Assembly: GCA_963695555.1 (NCBI GenBank)
Contig: CAVOGR010000007.1
Location: forward strand, 32,001 to 96,000
Length of the DNA stretch: 64,000 nt
DNA from: an uncultured Gemmatimonadales bacterium
Lineage (GTDB): Bacteria > Gemmatimonadota > Gemmatimonadetes > Gemmatimonadales > GWC2-71-9
Reading direction: 5' to 3'
This document shows, in pieces, positions 21,001 through 29,300 of this stretch (positions are counted from its first letter, which is position 1; every line of letters starts with the position of its first letter). The notes under the pieces were generated by a model. That model was not told the origin of the DNA, searched no databases, and worked only from the letters and a program-made list of their open reading frames with translations. A program made the translations under genes and the position numbers.

Positions 21001-21554
21001 AGGGAGCCGACTCGGCCGGGGTGTCGCAGCCGGGACAGGAGGGAAGCCCAGCGCGTCGACTCGAGCCCGGACAAGAGGCGGCCGGGCAAGAAGCTCGAGA
21101 GGGTGAGCCAGGCCAAGAGTCGCCCGAGGGCCAAGCAAGCGCGGCGGGACGGCCGGGCGGCCAACCAGGCCAGCCGCGCGGCATGGCCCAACCAGGGCAG
21201 TTCTCTCCTGAGGACGTACGCCAGTGGCGCCGGGAAGCCGACCAGCGCCGGCGCGAGCTTCAGGACCTCCGCAACCAGTTGCGTCAAGAGGGCATCGACA
21301 CCGGCGAGCTGGACCGGGTGCTCTCGGGCATGCGCGACCTCGGGATGAGCGACACCTACGAGGACACTCGATCAGCCATCCGCCTCCAACGCGAGCTGTT
21401 GCAGAGTCTCAAAGAGTTCGAGTACGGCCTCCGCCGCGCATTGACAGCACCGGACGCGGACCAGCTCGAGCAGGTGGGGAGCGACAAGGTGCCGCCGGAA
21501 TATCGGGACTTGGTGGAGGAGTACTACCGGGCGCTTGCGGGGGGGAGACGATAG
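18066..21554 (+). CDS. Large membrane-anchored coiled-coil protein (DUF4175-like)
   Basis: Three N-terminal TM segments, Ig-like region with DQPP and DDYGV motifs, long Q/E/R coiled coil, terminal VPPEYRDLVEEYYRALA. Confidence 0.8.
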   Translation: MASFSEHKHISAQEELLQVVRTVRNRWRLRVFLRGAAILLLVSVGMLLLATYGIDRFRFDDTAVLMFRILLYGVIGGVAIWYVIKPQLRDVSDERVALYLEEHEPSLDGQVLSAVEFGRPHEPGAPQTGSTVLIEQVIESAVDRCREIDDGKRVDRPALRHSTGVVAGSTAFGALLLLLGPAFLHNGAPLLLMPWRALGINPYRIVVEPGSVTVPRGSDLTVSAQLRNFDADEVDLVVKSAEATQWDRWPMTLEDSATGYSVMVFDLSEPREYFVEASGVRSPVFRVDVVDLPYVKDIAVEYHFPGYTGLPPQTQEGSGDIIALKGTRAMLHITSTLEVNAGVLIVEPGDTVPLTIEADGTLTGDVTVREEGTYRVLLESAQGDLVVASPDYLIDPLSDQPPSVSFAKPGRDISVSSLEEVSTEVHAQDDYGVATVDLVYAVNGGEEQTLSLWSGKRSLKEVSAGHTFFLEELELEPGDFISYYAKASDGRRGASRQEAVTDIYFMEIRPFDQSFRQADQQPGQGMSSVGGELSERQRQIIAATFRIVRDSLRYNDKEFREHMSTVTLSQGRLREEVTTLVERMRTRGVVGMDSTFALVAEALPKAVEEMEAAEAELGQRQPKAALPPEQRALQQLQRAEAAYREVQVGIAQGGGAPGQDGEISEELADLFELELDRMRNQYEQVQRGNQQAADQTIDDTLEKLKELARRQQQENERLRARAQAGQTPPSGGSGGGQRRLADEVEQEARRLEQLAREQSMPDLAETARGLREAAEAMRRAASARGSNGAAQGSSALEELREARRRLERTREGRLTRDIEDARQRAERLLEQERRMMQELERLDPTNPGAGERLRQMVDRKGAMAAELGDLEEQLDQAARDARRDQTEASRRLGEAAGSIRDNQLKEKLLYSRGVIQGRSQDYARNFEEQIRADLEDLRDKIDEAAGALGPSRERNMEEALDRARAAVTGLKSLGERMEQGADSAGVSQPGQEGSPARRLEPGQEAAGQEAREGEPGQESPEGQASAAGRPGGQPGQPRGMAQPGQFSPEDVRQWRREADQRRRELQDLRNQLRQEGIDTGELDRVLSGMRDLGMSDTYEDTRSAIRLQRELLQSLKEFEYGLRRALTAPDADQLEQVGSDKVPPEYRDLVEEYYRALAGGRR

Positions 21555-21621
21555 AAGCAGGAAGAAGGAAGTAGGAGGTAAGCCGTTTGTATTCCTCACT
21601 CCTTACTCCTTACTCCTCACT
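21555..21621. repeat. Two oppositely oriented heptamer tandem arrays at a convergent gene junction
   Basis: AAGCAGG AAGAAGG AAGTAGG AGGTAAG (21555-21582), 11-nt spacer, then CCTCACT CCTTACT CCTTACT CCTCACT (21594-21621). Confidence 0.8.
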
Positions 21622-22225
21622 CTTCCGTTGAGTCGGCGCAGTAGCGTTCCTGCTGCCGGCACAGAATGACTCGCACCTGGTCCAGGTCGATTTCCTCCCA
21701 CTGCATGTCGCCATTCATGACTCCGTCGACCGCGCCGGCAACCGCGCCGGTGGCCGCGCCGGCTCCCGCTCCCCTGACCACGTTTCCACCGACATCAGTG
21801 TCGCGATTGTCAAAGAAGTCAAACGCCTCGGAGAGGAGGCTCCCTGCCAAGCCAAAAACTGCGCCTCCGACAGCCCCCAAACCCGCTCCCTTCGCCGCTT
21901 TCTTGGCCACCCCGGCACCGGTCCGTTTGTTCCCTCGATAGAGCTCGATCTTGGTGAGTGAACCGGTGGGCACTTCCAAGTGGTATCCGCGGCCCTTGGG
22001 CCCCATGGCGTGGAGCACCAGGGTGTCCCCCTCGAGCCCGATCAGATAGCCCTCGTGCTTGCCTTGGCTTGCCCTGCAGTCGTAGGTGGCGCAGCGAGTG
22101 ATCCGGAGCCATTGACCGAGGGCCGGCGCCGTCGGCGCCGGGCTGCCCGGAGACACCACGAAGGAACCGCATGCGGCGGTGAGAACCAGACCGGCCAGCG
22201 CTGCGAGGTGGTGAACGCGTGTCAT
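21617..22225 (-). CDS. Hypothetical lipoprotein with glycine-zipper segments
   Basis: GGGAGG RBS before ATG 22225; lipobox TAAC; GAGLGAVGGAVFG and GAGAGAATGAVAG. Confidence 0.7.
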   Translation of the reverse strand: MTRVHHLAALAGLVLTAACGSFVVSPGSPAPTAPALGQWLRITRCATYDCRASQGKHEGYLIGLEGDTLVLHAMGPKGRGYHLEVPTGSLTKIELYRGNKRTGAGVAKKAAKGAGLGAVGGAVFGLAGSLLSEAFDFFDNRDTDVGGNVVRGAGAGAATGAVAGAVDGVMNGDMQWEEIDLDQVRVILCRQQERYCADSTEE

Positions 22226-22291
22226 GGTGCCCTCCCTTGAGTCCACCCGAACGCTAGGGACGGGTGGTCAAGCGAGGGTCAAGTCGGCCAA

Positions 22292-24370
22292 TCAGGGCCC
22301 GCGGGCAGCCTCCACCAGCTTCCGTACTCCCTCGACGACCATGAGCTCCACTTCGGCCACGGGCTGCGAGGCACGCTCGAGCGTCGCCAGCCGCTGCGTG
22401 TGATCCCCGGTCGTGTCGCTCCCCTCAATTCCAGCCATGGCTTGGAGTCCGGTGGCACCCAGTTCTGCCAGGGTCCGAGAAAGGGGCTCGACCTCGCCGA
22501 GGTCGGGAGATCGTTCGATGACCGGAGCCAGGCGGCCGTCGTTGTCCCGCCAGGTGGTCAGCCACGCCCGCACGTCATCACGGCGGGCATGATGCGATGA
22601 GTCCGCCAGGAATTCATCCACGGCGCGATTGAAATGCCGAGCGACGTCGCTTTCTGGGCGGGCCGCATCGACCAGGCGCGTGAGCGGAGTAGCACTCGTG
22701 TAGTCCCGGTTCCGGTGCCGCTGGTAGTCCTTGATCGGCTCCACCACATCGGCCAGGACCTGGAGTGGCTCGATGGGCCCGCCGCCGGTGAGCCGCTCGA
22801 GCATGACCGGGTAACTGCTCCGATGGGTGACACCCACCGACTCGAGCCATACGCTCACGGCCTCGAGCCGCCGATACATGTCGTCGGCGTCGGTCACCGT
22901 CCCGGGCGACCACAAGCGCTCGGCGATTGCAGCGGCGCGCGGCCAGATCCGCGAGTCGATGTTCTCGGCGGTCACGAACTCGGCCCACATGCAGGCTTCG
23001 CCCCCGAGGACCCGGGCCTGCTGCTCAGGCGGGAGAGAGACGGCCGCCGTTCCCAGCGGATCCACGGCGTAATGCTGGCCGGCGGGCTGGATCAGGTCGA
23101 GATAGTAGCCCCGGGAAAGTATGACGTCGTATCCCAGACGGACCGCCTCGACCAGCGATTCCTCGCCGCGCCACGACTGGATCACGATGTCTTTCGGGAA
23201 GCCGGGCGCACGAATCTCCTCCCATCCCACCATCCGCTTACCATGCTTCGTGAGGATGTCGTACAGCCGCCGGTTGAAGTAGGCCTGGAGCGCGTGGTTG
23301 TCCTCGAGATCGTTCCGGCGCATGAAGTCCTGAATACGGCGACTCCGTTGCCAGTGCTTGCCGGTAACCTCGTCCCCGCCGATGTGCCAGAACGGGTCAG
23401 GAAACAGGGGAGCAATCTCGCCGATGAATCCGTCCAGGAGATCGTACACTTCCTCCTTGCTCGGATCCATCGTCGGATCGAACACGCCGAAATGGCGCTC
23501 GATCTGGTACGGGCCCGTTGCGCTGGCAAGCTCGGGGTGTCCGACGAACCAGCTCGTGGTGTGGCCTGGTATGTCGAACTCGGGAATGACGCGGATGCCC
23601 CTGTCGGCCGCATAGGCCACGATGTCGCGAACTTGATCCTGGGTGTAGAACAACCCGTCGGAGCCCATCTCGTGTAATTTGGGGAAGCGTCTGCTCTCAA
23701 TACGGAAGCCTTGATCTTCAGACAGATGCCAATGGAGCACGTTCAGCTTGACCGCCGCCATCGCGTCCAAGTTCCGCTCGATCACCTCAACCGGCATCCA
23801 GTGCCGGCTCACGTCAATGAGAAGGCCGCGCCACGGAAACCGGGGCGCGTCACGGATGGTCACCGAACGCACCACGGGGCCATCGGACCCCGGCTCAACC
23901 AGCTGGAGAAACGTCTCGATTCCGCGTAGCGCGCCGGACGGGGTGGCGGCCGAAAGACGGGCCTTGGTCGGGCTCACTTCCAGCGCATAACTCTCGTCCT
24001 CGACGACGCCGGGGATAGGCCCCGAAGGGGCCTGGACATGAATCTCCAGCACCGCGTCGGTTGGGGTGCCACCAGTACCTCTCGTGAACTGGATCCCAGT
24101 CTGTTTCGAGAGTCGATCGACGAGACGTGCCGCGGCACGGTCGAGGCGTGGCTCGGTGTAGCCCAGCAGCGCCACCGTGAACGACGAATCGACTGGGAGG
24201 CTTCCCTCGCCGAAGGACACCTCGGCCGGGACCGGCATCAGCGTATGGGGGCTCATGGAATCGGTGGGCTCCGATGACGCGACCGTGCAACCCACGCCAG
24301 CGGATGCGACACTCATCAAGGTGAGAAGGGAAACGCTGTGTCGGATCGATCGCGTTCGGGCCATCATCAC
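22292..24370 (-). CDS. GH20 beta-N-acetylhexosaminidase, lipoprotein
   Basis: DAPRFPWRGLLIDVSRH, LHWHLSEDQ, PEFDIPGH, HIGGDEV, GGEACMWAE, WPRAAAIAERLW. Confidence 0.96.
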   Translation of the reverse strand: MMMARTRSIRHSVSLLTLMSVASAGVGCTVASSEPTDSMSPHTLMPVPAEVSFGEGSLPVDSSFTVALLGYTEPRLDRAAARLVDRLSKQTGIQFTRGTGGTPTDAVLEIHVQAPSGPIPGVVEDESYALEVSPTKARLSAATPSGALRGIETFLQLVEPGSDGPVVRSVTIRDAPRFPWRGLLIDVSRHWMPVEVIERNLDAMAAVKLNVLHWHLSEDQGFRIESRRFPKLHEMGSDGLFYTQDQVRDIVAYAADRGIRVIPEFDIPGHTTSWFVGHPELASATGPYQIERHFGVFDPTMDPSKEEVYDLLDGFIGEIAPLFPDPFWHIGGDEVTGKHWQRSRRIQDFMRRNDLEDNHALQAYFNRRLYDILTKHGKRMVGWEEIRAPGFPKDIVIQSWRGEESLVEAVRLGYDVILSRGYYLDLIQPAGQHYAVDPLGTAAVSLPPEQQARVLGGEACMWAEFVTAENIDSRIWPRAAAIAERLWSPGTVTDADDMYRRLEAVSVWLESVGVTHRSSYPVMLERLTGGGPIEPLQVLADVVEPIKDYQRHRNRDYTSATPLTRLVDAARPESDVARHFNRAVDEFLADSSHHARRDDVRAWLTTWRDNDGRLAPVIERSPDLGEVEPLSRTLAELGATGLQAMAGIEGSDTTGDHTQRLATLERASQPVAEVELMVVEGVRKLVEAARGP

Positions 24371-24423
24371 CTCCGGATTCTGTGACGCCGTCGAGCGCCC
24401 GACGCGTGACCGAGCCCTGGAGT

Positions 24424-25902
24424 CTACGGCAGGGCTGCCGCGACGCGGCTCACAGGCGAATCTGCCCGCCGGGTGCGGCCTGGGTGCCAGAGCAGCTCAC
24501 CATCGAGGTCGGTCGGTGCGGTGACGCCGAGCCACGCCAGCATGGATGGGAACAGGTCGGCGGTGCGAAGGCGCTCGGCCGGAAGTGGGTGGCTCGACCA
24601 CAGGGGGATCTGCATGTGCGCACGGTGCATGCTGCCGTGTCCCGCCTTGTGCTCCGGGATCTCATACCGCTGCCGGAAATCGAATCCTTCCTGCCCCACC
24701 ACCACCAAGTCGCCCGTGCGGGAAGACCTAAACTGGTCGAGGATCTGCACGGGGGCATCGGGAAACCGTGTGTCCCAGGTTTGTTCGAGCCACTCACGAT
24801 GCGTCAGCGTTCGAGTACCGCCGACCTCCAGTGGGTCGCCGGTCAGGGAATGATAGGAGATCGCCTCACCACGGGACCGAATCTCCGCCTCACCGACCGA
24901 CGACACGACGCGGACGCCGCCCTCTTCCGATTCACCGGCCACGAAGGCGACGGCGGGTTCGGAAACCAGTGCCTCGATGAGGTCCTGGGTGCTGCCGAAC
25001 GCGTCGGGGTGACGAAGCCGCTCGATCGGCCACCGGCCAGTGCGGGGCTCGGTGGGCCGCGCGTACACCATCGCGGACCCGTTTCCGGCGACCATGACCG
25101 CCGCCCGTGGTGCCCGCTGCCACATGATGGGATGCGACAGGGTTGGCACGCCTCGATGGCGGAACCACTCCGGTAGGTCCAGGTGGGTGTGTACCTCGGT
25201 CGCGCCATGATCGCTCACGACGAGGATCAGACTCTCTTCTAGTTCGCCCCGTGCCGCGAGGCGGTCCCGGAGGCGCCCGACCGCCACATCCACCCGCTCA
25301 AGGGCTCGAAGCACCTTGGGGGCGTCGGGGCTGCTCTGGTGAGTGTACCCATCGACTGCCGGAAACTGGGCGAAGAAGAACTTCCATGGCTGGTCCACGG
25401 CCTGAAGGAGGTGCCGAGCTACCACGTCATCCGACGGCTGGTTCCAGAAGAGATAGTGCCCGATGGCTGCCCAGTAGACGCGGGCGCGCCGGGCCGGATC
25501 CCGCTCCGGCGTGAGGCCGCGGGTGATCATGGTGAAGAAGGCGATGCTCTCGGGAGCCAATTCGAAGACGGTGCGGACCCGTGGGTCGATATCGGCGTCG
25601 AGCATGCTGGCCTGGTAGCCGCAGTAGCTCCGTACCGCGTTGCGGTTACGCCACCACTTGCCGTCGTACGCCGAGCGGTCGAGCCAACGGATCGACGGGA
25701 TGTTGCACCGTCCGGGAGTGCAACCAGTCAAGAAAGGCAGGTACGACACACTGGTGGTCGAGGGAAAGCAGGTGACGGCCCGCGTGATGCCTCCGCCGTT
25801 CCGGACCATGTCGGCCAGATGGGGCAGACGTCCATCCTGGAGCTGTCGTTCGGCCACGTCGGGCCGGAGGCCGTCGACCAAGAGCAGGAAGCACCGCCTC
25901 AC
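24424..25902 (-). CDS. Alkaline phosphatase superfamily (nucleotide pyrophosphatase/phosphodiesterase-like) protein
   Basis: LLVDGLRPD, FPSTT, VDGYTH, VSDHG, GHGS; GTG start at 25902 overlaps the upstream stop. Confidence 0.85.
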   Translation of the reverse strand: MRRCFLLLVDGLRPDVAERQLQDGRLPHLADMVRNGGGITRAVTCFPSTTSVSYLPFLTGCTPGRCNIPSIRWLDRSAYDGKWWRNRNAVRSYCGYQASMLDADIDPRVRTVFELAPESIAFFTMITRGLTPERDPARRARVYWAAIGHYLFWNQPSDDVVARHLLQAVDQPWKFFFAQFPAVDGYTHQSSPDAPKVLRALERVDVAVGRLRDRLAARGELEESLILVVSDHGATEVHTHLDLPEWFRHRGVPTLSHPIMWQRAPRAAVMVAGNGSAMVYARPTEPRTGRWPIERLRHPDAFGSTQDLIEALVSEPAVAFVAGESEEGGVRVVSSVGEAEIRSRGEAISYHSLTGDPLEVGGTRTLTHREWLEQTWDTRFPDAPVQILDQFRSSRTGDLVVVGQEGFDFRQRYEIPEHKAGHGSMHRAHMQIPLWSSHPLPAERLRTADLFPSMLAWLGVTAPTDLDGELLWHPGRTRRADSPVSRVAAALP

Positions 25903-26594
25903 GCGGCGGTCTCCTGGATCGCGTCTTCTCGTCCGACCTGACGGGCCGCACGAATCGCCGCCAGAAGCAGGATAAGGCTCCCCGCGACGATCCATATCCC
26001 GGGAATTGGGAAGGCCCACCCCACGGCTGCGAGTCCTGCGTACCGCGCACTGCGGCCGATGGCCACGGCGCCCTGGTACTTCCAGAGCGAGTAGCGGGCG
26101 AGCGTCGCAATCAGGCGCATGGGGTAATGCGGAATGATCGGAAGGGCGCACGTTGCGACCAGCGACAGGAACGGCGCTTTGGCGTAGAGCGCGAGGGTCC
26201 AGGTCGTCGCCTTGTGTTCCCGGAACCGCCTTGCCCCATCACGCGCCAGCAGGCGACTCAACAGTTCCATGTTCCACGCCTCGATGAGCATCGTCGCGAG
26301 CGTCCCGACCAGCACGACGAGCCACAGGGGGTAGAACTCCCCCAAGTAGATCACGGCCCCATCATACGGGATCATCGCGAGCGAGTTCCCCAGGAAGCTG
26401 AAGGGCACGAACCACCAGAGCTTGCTGTGCGCCGGAATCGCGTAGGTCGCGAGGGCGCAGAGGCCGGTCACCCCACCGAGAAGAAGTGGAAGGAGCCACG
26501 GCCCCCACGCCGGGGGGCGAGGTAGGGGTGCGGCGGGCTCGAACTCGTGAACGGGGGCGGAGGAGAACAGAGATGCATGTCGCGGAACGGCCAT
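25899..26594 (-). CDS. VTT/DedA (SNARE-associated) family membrane protein
   Basis: Several TM segments with ALPIIPHYPMRL and AIGRSARY motifs. Confidence 0.6.
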   Translation of the reverse strand: MAVPRHASLFSSAPVHEFEPAAPLPRPPAWGPWLLPLLLGGVTGLCALATYAIPAHSKLWWFVPFSFLGNSLAMIPYDGAVIYLGEFYPLWLVVLVGTLATMLIEAWNMELLSRLLARDGARRFREHKATTWTLALYAKAPFLSLVATCALPIIPHYPMRLIATLARYSLWKYQGAVAIGRSARYAGLAAVGWAFPIPGIWIVAGSLILLLAAIRAARQVGREDAIQETAA

Positions 26595-26712
26595 GAAGCT
26601 CCTTTTCGCCGCATTGGACGGGCTTCCTGCGGGTCGAACTGCTACGACGTCATCCCTCGGCCGTGACCTCGGCCCCGTTGGGGCGGCCGCTGGACTCCAT
26701 TGTCACTTGGGG

Positions 26713-27153
26713 CTAATCGATTCCTATGTCTTCGTGCCAGAGATCCGGATGTTGGGCGATGAACTCTGCCATGAGACGGATGCAGGTCGGATCCTGAACG
26801 ACCATGACCTCGATCCCACGGGAACGGAGCAGGTCTTCCTCTCCCATGAAGCTCTGATTCTCGCCGATAATCACCCTCGGGATTCCATACAGAAGAATAG
26901 CACCACTACACATCGCACAGGGAGAGAGCGTGGTGTAGAGGGTACTGGCCCGGTAGACGGCCGCCGGTTGCCTCCCGGCCCGCTCCAGGGCGTCCATCTC
27001 GCCGTGGAGCACCACACTGCCCTGCTGGATGCGGCGATTATGCCCGCGAGCCAGGATCGCACCCTGGTGCACCAGGACCGACCCGATCGGGATGCCGCCC
27101 TCATCCCGCCCGCACCTGGCCTCGTCGATCGCTGCATCCAAGTAGGCGTCCAT
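26713..27153 (-). CDS. Nucleoside/cytosine deaminase (zinc-dependent CDA fold)
   Basis: EGGIPIGSVL...LHGEMDAL...SPCAMC...WHEDIG, resembling the yeast-type cytosine deaminase. Confidence 0.9.
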   Translation of the reverse strand: MDAYLDAAIDEARCGRDEGGIPIGSVLVHQGAILARGHNRRIQQGSVVLHGEMDALERAGRQPAAVYRASTLYTTLSPCAMCSGAILLYGIPRVIIGENQSFMGEEDLLRSRGIEVMVVQDPTCIRLMAEFIAQHPDLWHEDIGID

Positions 27154-27215
27154 ACCACGTCGCTCCCAGGCCCGGATCCTTGCCGCTCTCACCCCGGGGT
27201 GGCATCTTTTCTACC

Positions 27216-29021
27216 ATGCGCTTCCCGTCGGTGAAGCTACTCGCCTCGGCCGCTTCCGCCAGTTTCGCCCGGTTCCCATTCGTGCTCGTCGCCGCGTTCG
27301 TTGCCACGGTGACGGCCATGCTCGCCATCGAAGACGTCGGCGAGGACACGGCCCCCCGACTGCTCACGGCGGCGCTCTTGGGCCTGCCACTCTTCACGGC
27401 GCTCGTGCTCTGGGGCGAGCGCCGCGCTTGGCGGTCCACCACGCGGCTCGCGGCCGGCCTCGCTGGAGTCGCGGCGCTCGCGGCATACTACCTCCTGTGG
27501 CCCCAGTGGTCGCCGGTGGTTGCCTTCACGCGGTTCGCGCAATTCCTCGTCGCGCTCCACTTATTGGTCGCATTCCTGCCATACCTCTGGGTCGGCGAAC
27601 CGAACGGGTTCTGGCAATACAATCGGACGCTGTTCCTGCGCTTCCTCACCGCGGCCCTCTATGCCGCCGTGCTGTTCGTCGGGCTGGTCATAGCGCTCGT
27701 CGCGTTGGACAAGCTCCTCGGCATCGACATCCCGGACAAGAGTTACGCGCACCTGTGGTTTCTCATCGCCGGCGTGTTTCATCCCTGGGTGTTCCTGAGC
27801 GGCGTGCCCGATGACTACTCGGCGTTGGACCAACTTCGAGACTATCCGTTGGGCCTCAAGGTGCTGGCGCAGTACATCCTCATGCCGATCGTGCTGATTT
27901 ATCTGGTCATCCTCACCGTGTACATGGGTAAGATCATCGGGACCGGGGTCTGGCCCAGCGGATGGATCGGCTATCTGGTGTCGAGCGTTGCCACCGTCGG
28001 CATCTTGTCCCTCCTCTTGCTCCACCCCATCCAGGAACAGGCCGAGAATCTTTGGGTCCAGAGCTACGCGCGGTGGTTCTACGTGGCGCTGTTTCCGTCG
28101 ATCATCATGCTGGTGCTCGCCATCTGGCAACGGGTCCAGCAATACGGCTTCACCGAGCGCCGCTACTTCCTGGTGGTGTTGGCTGCGTGGCTCTTCGGAG
28201 TGGCCCTGTATTACTCCATCCGACGATCGAAAAATATCAAGGTGATTCCGGCGTCGCTCTGTGCCGTCGCCCTGATCACCTCCTTTGGGCCATGGTCGGC
28301 GTACCGGGTCTCTGTGCGGAGCCAGACGAGTCGACTGGCCAGTCACCTCACGGAGGCGGGATTACTTGCGGCCGGACGCGTCCAGCCGGCCAGCGGCGAT
28401 GTGGCCTTTGAACACCGGCGGGAAATCAGCGAAATCCTGACCTATCTCATCGGAACGCACGGCAGCCGCACCGTTGCCCGGTGGTTCCCCGAGGAGCGCG
28501 CGATTCCCGACACCTCCGGAGCCGATCCGGCCAAGCGCCAGGCCTATGCGATCCAGCGCACGCAGGTCATCATGCAGGGGCTGAACCTGGGGTACGTCAG
28601 CGCCGCCGAGGCTCGCGAGCCCTCAGGCTTCTACTACACCACGGGAGCGCGGTCCGCCCTGGCCCCGGTCGAGGGGTACGACTACGTGTACCATCTGGCC
28701 CGCATCCCCTCCGACACGCTCTCCCTCGGCGATCGACACCTACGCGTCGCGCTCGACTCGGCGGCTGGCATGCTGCAACTGCTCGAGGATCAGACGATCC
28801 TGATCGCCCTCCCCATTGAGCCGCTGATCGACAGGGTTCGGGCTTACCTAGGCGAACATCCGATGGACCGGAATGCCCTTCCGCCGGATCTGATGCGGGT
28901 GGACGGAGAGAACGAGCGCGTGGCCGTTCGCGTCTACGTGAGTCAGCTCTCAGGCCGGCGTATCGAACGGGGGACCGCGGCTACCCAGGTGAGGGGGGAG
29001 GTCCTTCTCCGCCTGAAGTGA
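27216..29021 (+). CDS. DUF4153 family polytopic membrane protein
   Basis: Many TM helices; AIWQRVQQYGFTERRY and FGPWSAYRVSVRSQ motifs. Confidence 0.78.
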   Translation: MRFPSVKLLASAASASFARFPFVLVAAFVATVTAMLAIEDVGEDTAPRLLTAALLGLPLFTALVLWGERRAWRSTTRLAAGLAGVAALAAYYLLWPQWSPVVAFTRFAQFLVALHLLVAFLPYLWVGEPNGFWQYNRTLFLRFLTAALYAAVLFVGLVIALVALDKLLGIDIPDKSYAHLWFLIAGVFHPWVFLSGVPDDYSALDQLRDYPLGLKVLAQYILMPIVLIYLVILTVYMGKIIGTGVWPSGWIGYLVSSVATVGILSLLLLHPIQEQAENLWVQSYARWFYVALFPSIIMLVLAIWQRVQQYGFTERRYFLVVLAAWLFGVALYYSIRRSKNIKVIPASLCAVALITSFGPWSAYRVSVRSQTSRLASHLTEAGLLAAGRVQPASGDVAFEHRREISEILTYLIGTHGSRTVARWFPEERAIPDTSGADPAKRQAYAIQRTQVIMQGLNLGYVSAAEAREPSGFYYTTGARSALAPVEGYDYVYHLARIPSDTLSLGDRHLRVALDSAAGMLQLLEDQTILIALPIEPLIDRVRAYLGEHPMDRNALPPDLMRVDGENERVAVRVYVSQLSGRRIERGTAATQVRGEVLLRLK

Positions 29022-29280
29022 GACGGCTGGGGGCCGACCCGCTCGATCCCCGCGCCAGCAGCCGCTCGGTGAAGTCGAGCCGCTCGTAGACCTCTGCCAA
29101 CTCGTTCCGCACCGCATCCATATCGAGCTGGAGCTCCTGCACGGCGTCCCGCAACTGCCGCGCCTCGTCGTCGGTGCCGGGCAGCGAGGTCCGAGCGCGG
29201 CTCTGGGTGATCATCCAGGTGATCCCCAACGCGCCGCCGAGCATGATCAAGAGAGCGAGCAGCGGAAAGATCATTCCCAT
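28981..29280 (-). CDS. Small membrane-anchored coiled-coil protein (ERLDFxERLL family)
   Basis: AAGGAG RBS before ATG 29280; one TM helix followed by ELAEVYERLDFTERLL; similar to the two ORFs at 43219-43834. Confidence 0.75.
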   Translation of the reverse strand: MGMIFPLLALLIMLGGALGITWMITQSRARTSLPGTDDEARQLRDAVQELQLDMDAVRNELAEVYERLDFTERLLARGSSGSAPSRLTSGGEGPPPSPG

Positions 29281-29300
29281 GGCAGCTCCTTCATCGGCCC

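Noticed and set aside
21000..21200. Q/G/P-rich quasi-repeats (PGQE, GQPGQP)
   Set aside because: A low-complexity linker typical of DUF4175-like proteins, not a separate element.
26595..26712. Possible tRNA or ncRNA in this intergenic gap
   Set aside because: No cloverleaf, T-loop consensus or CCA end found by eye.
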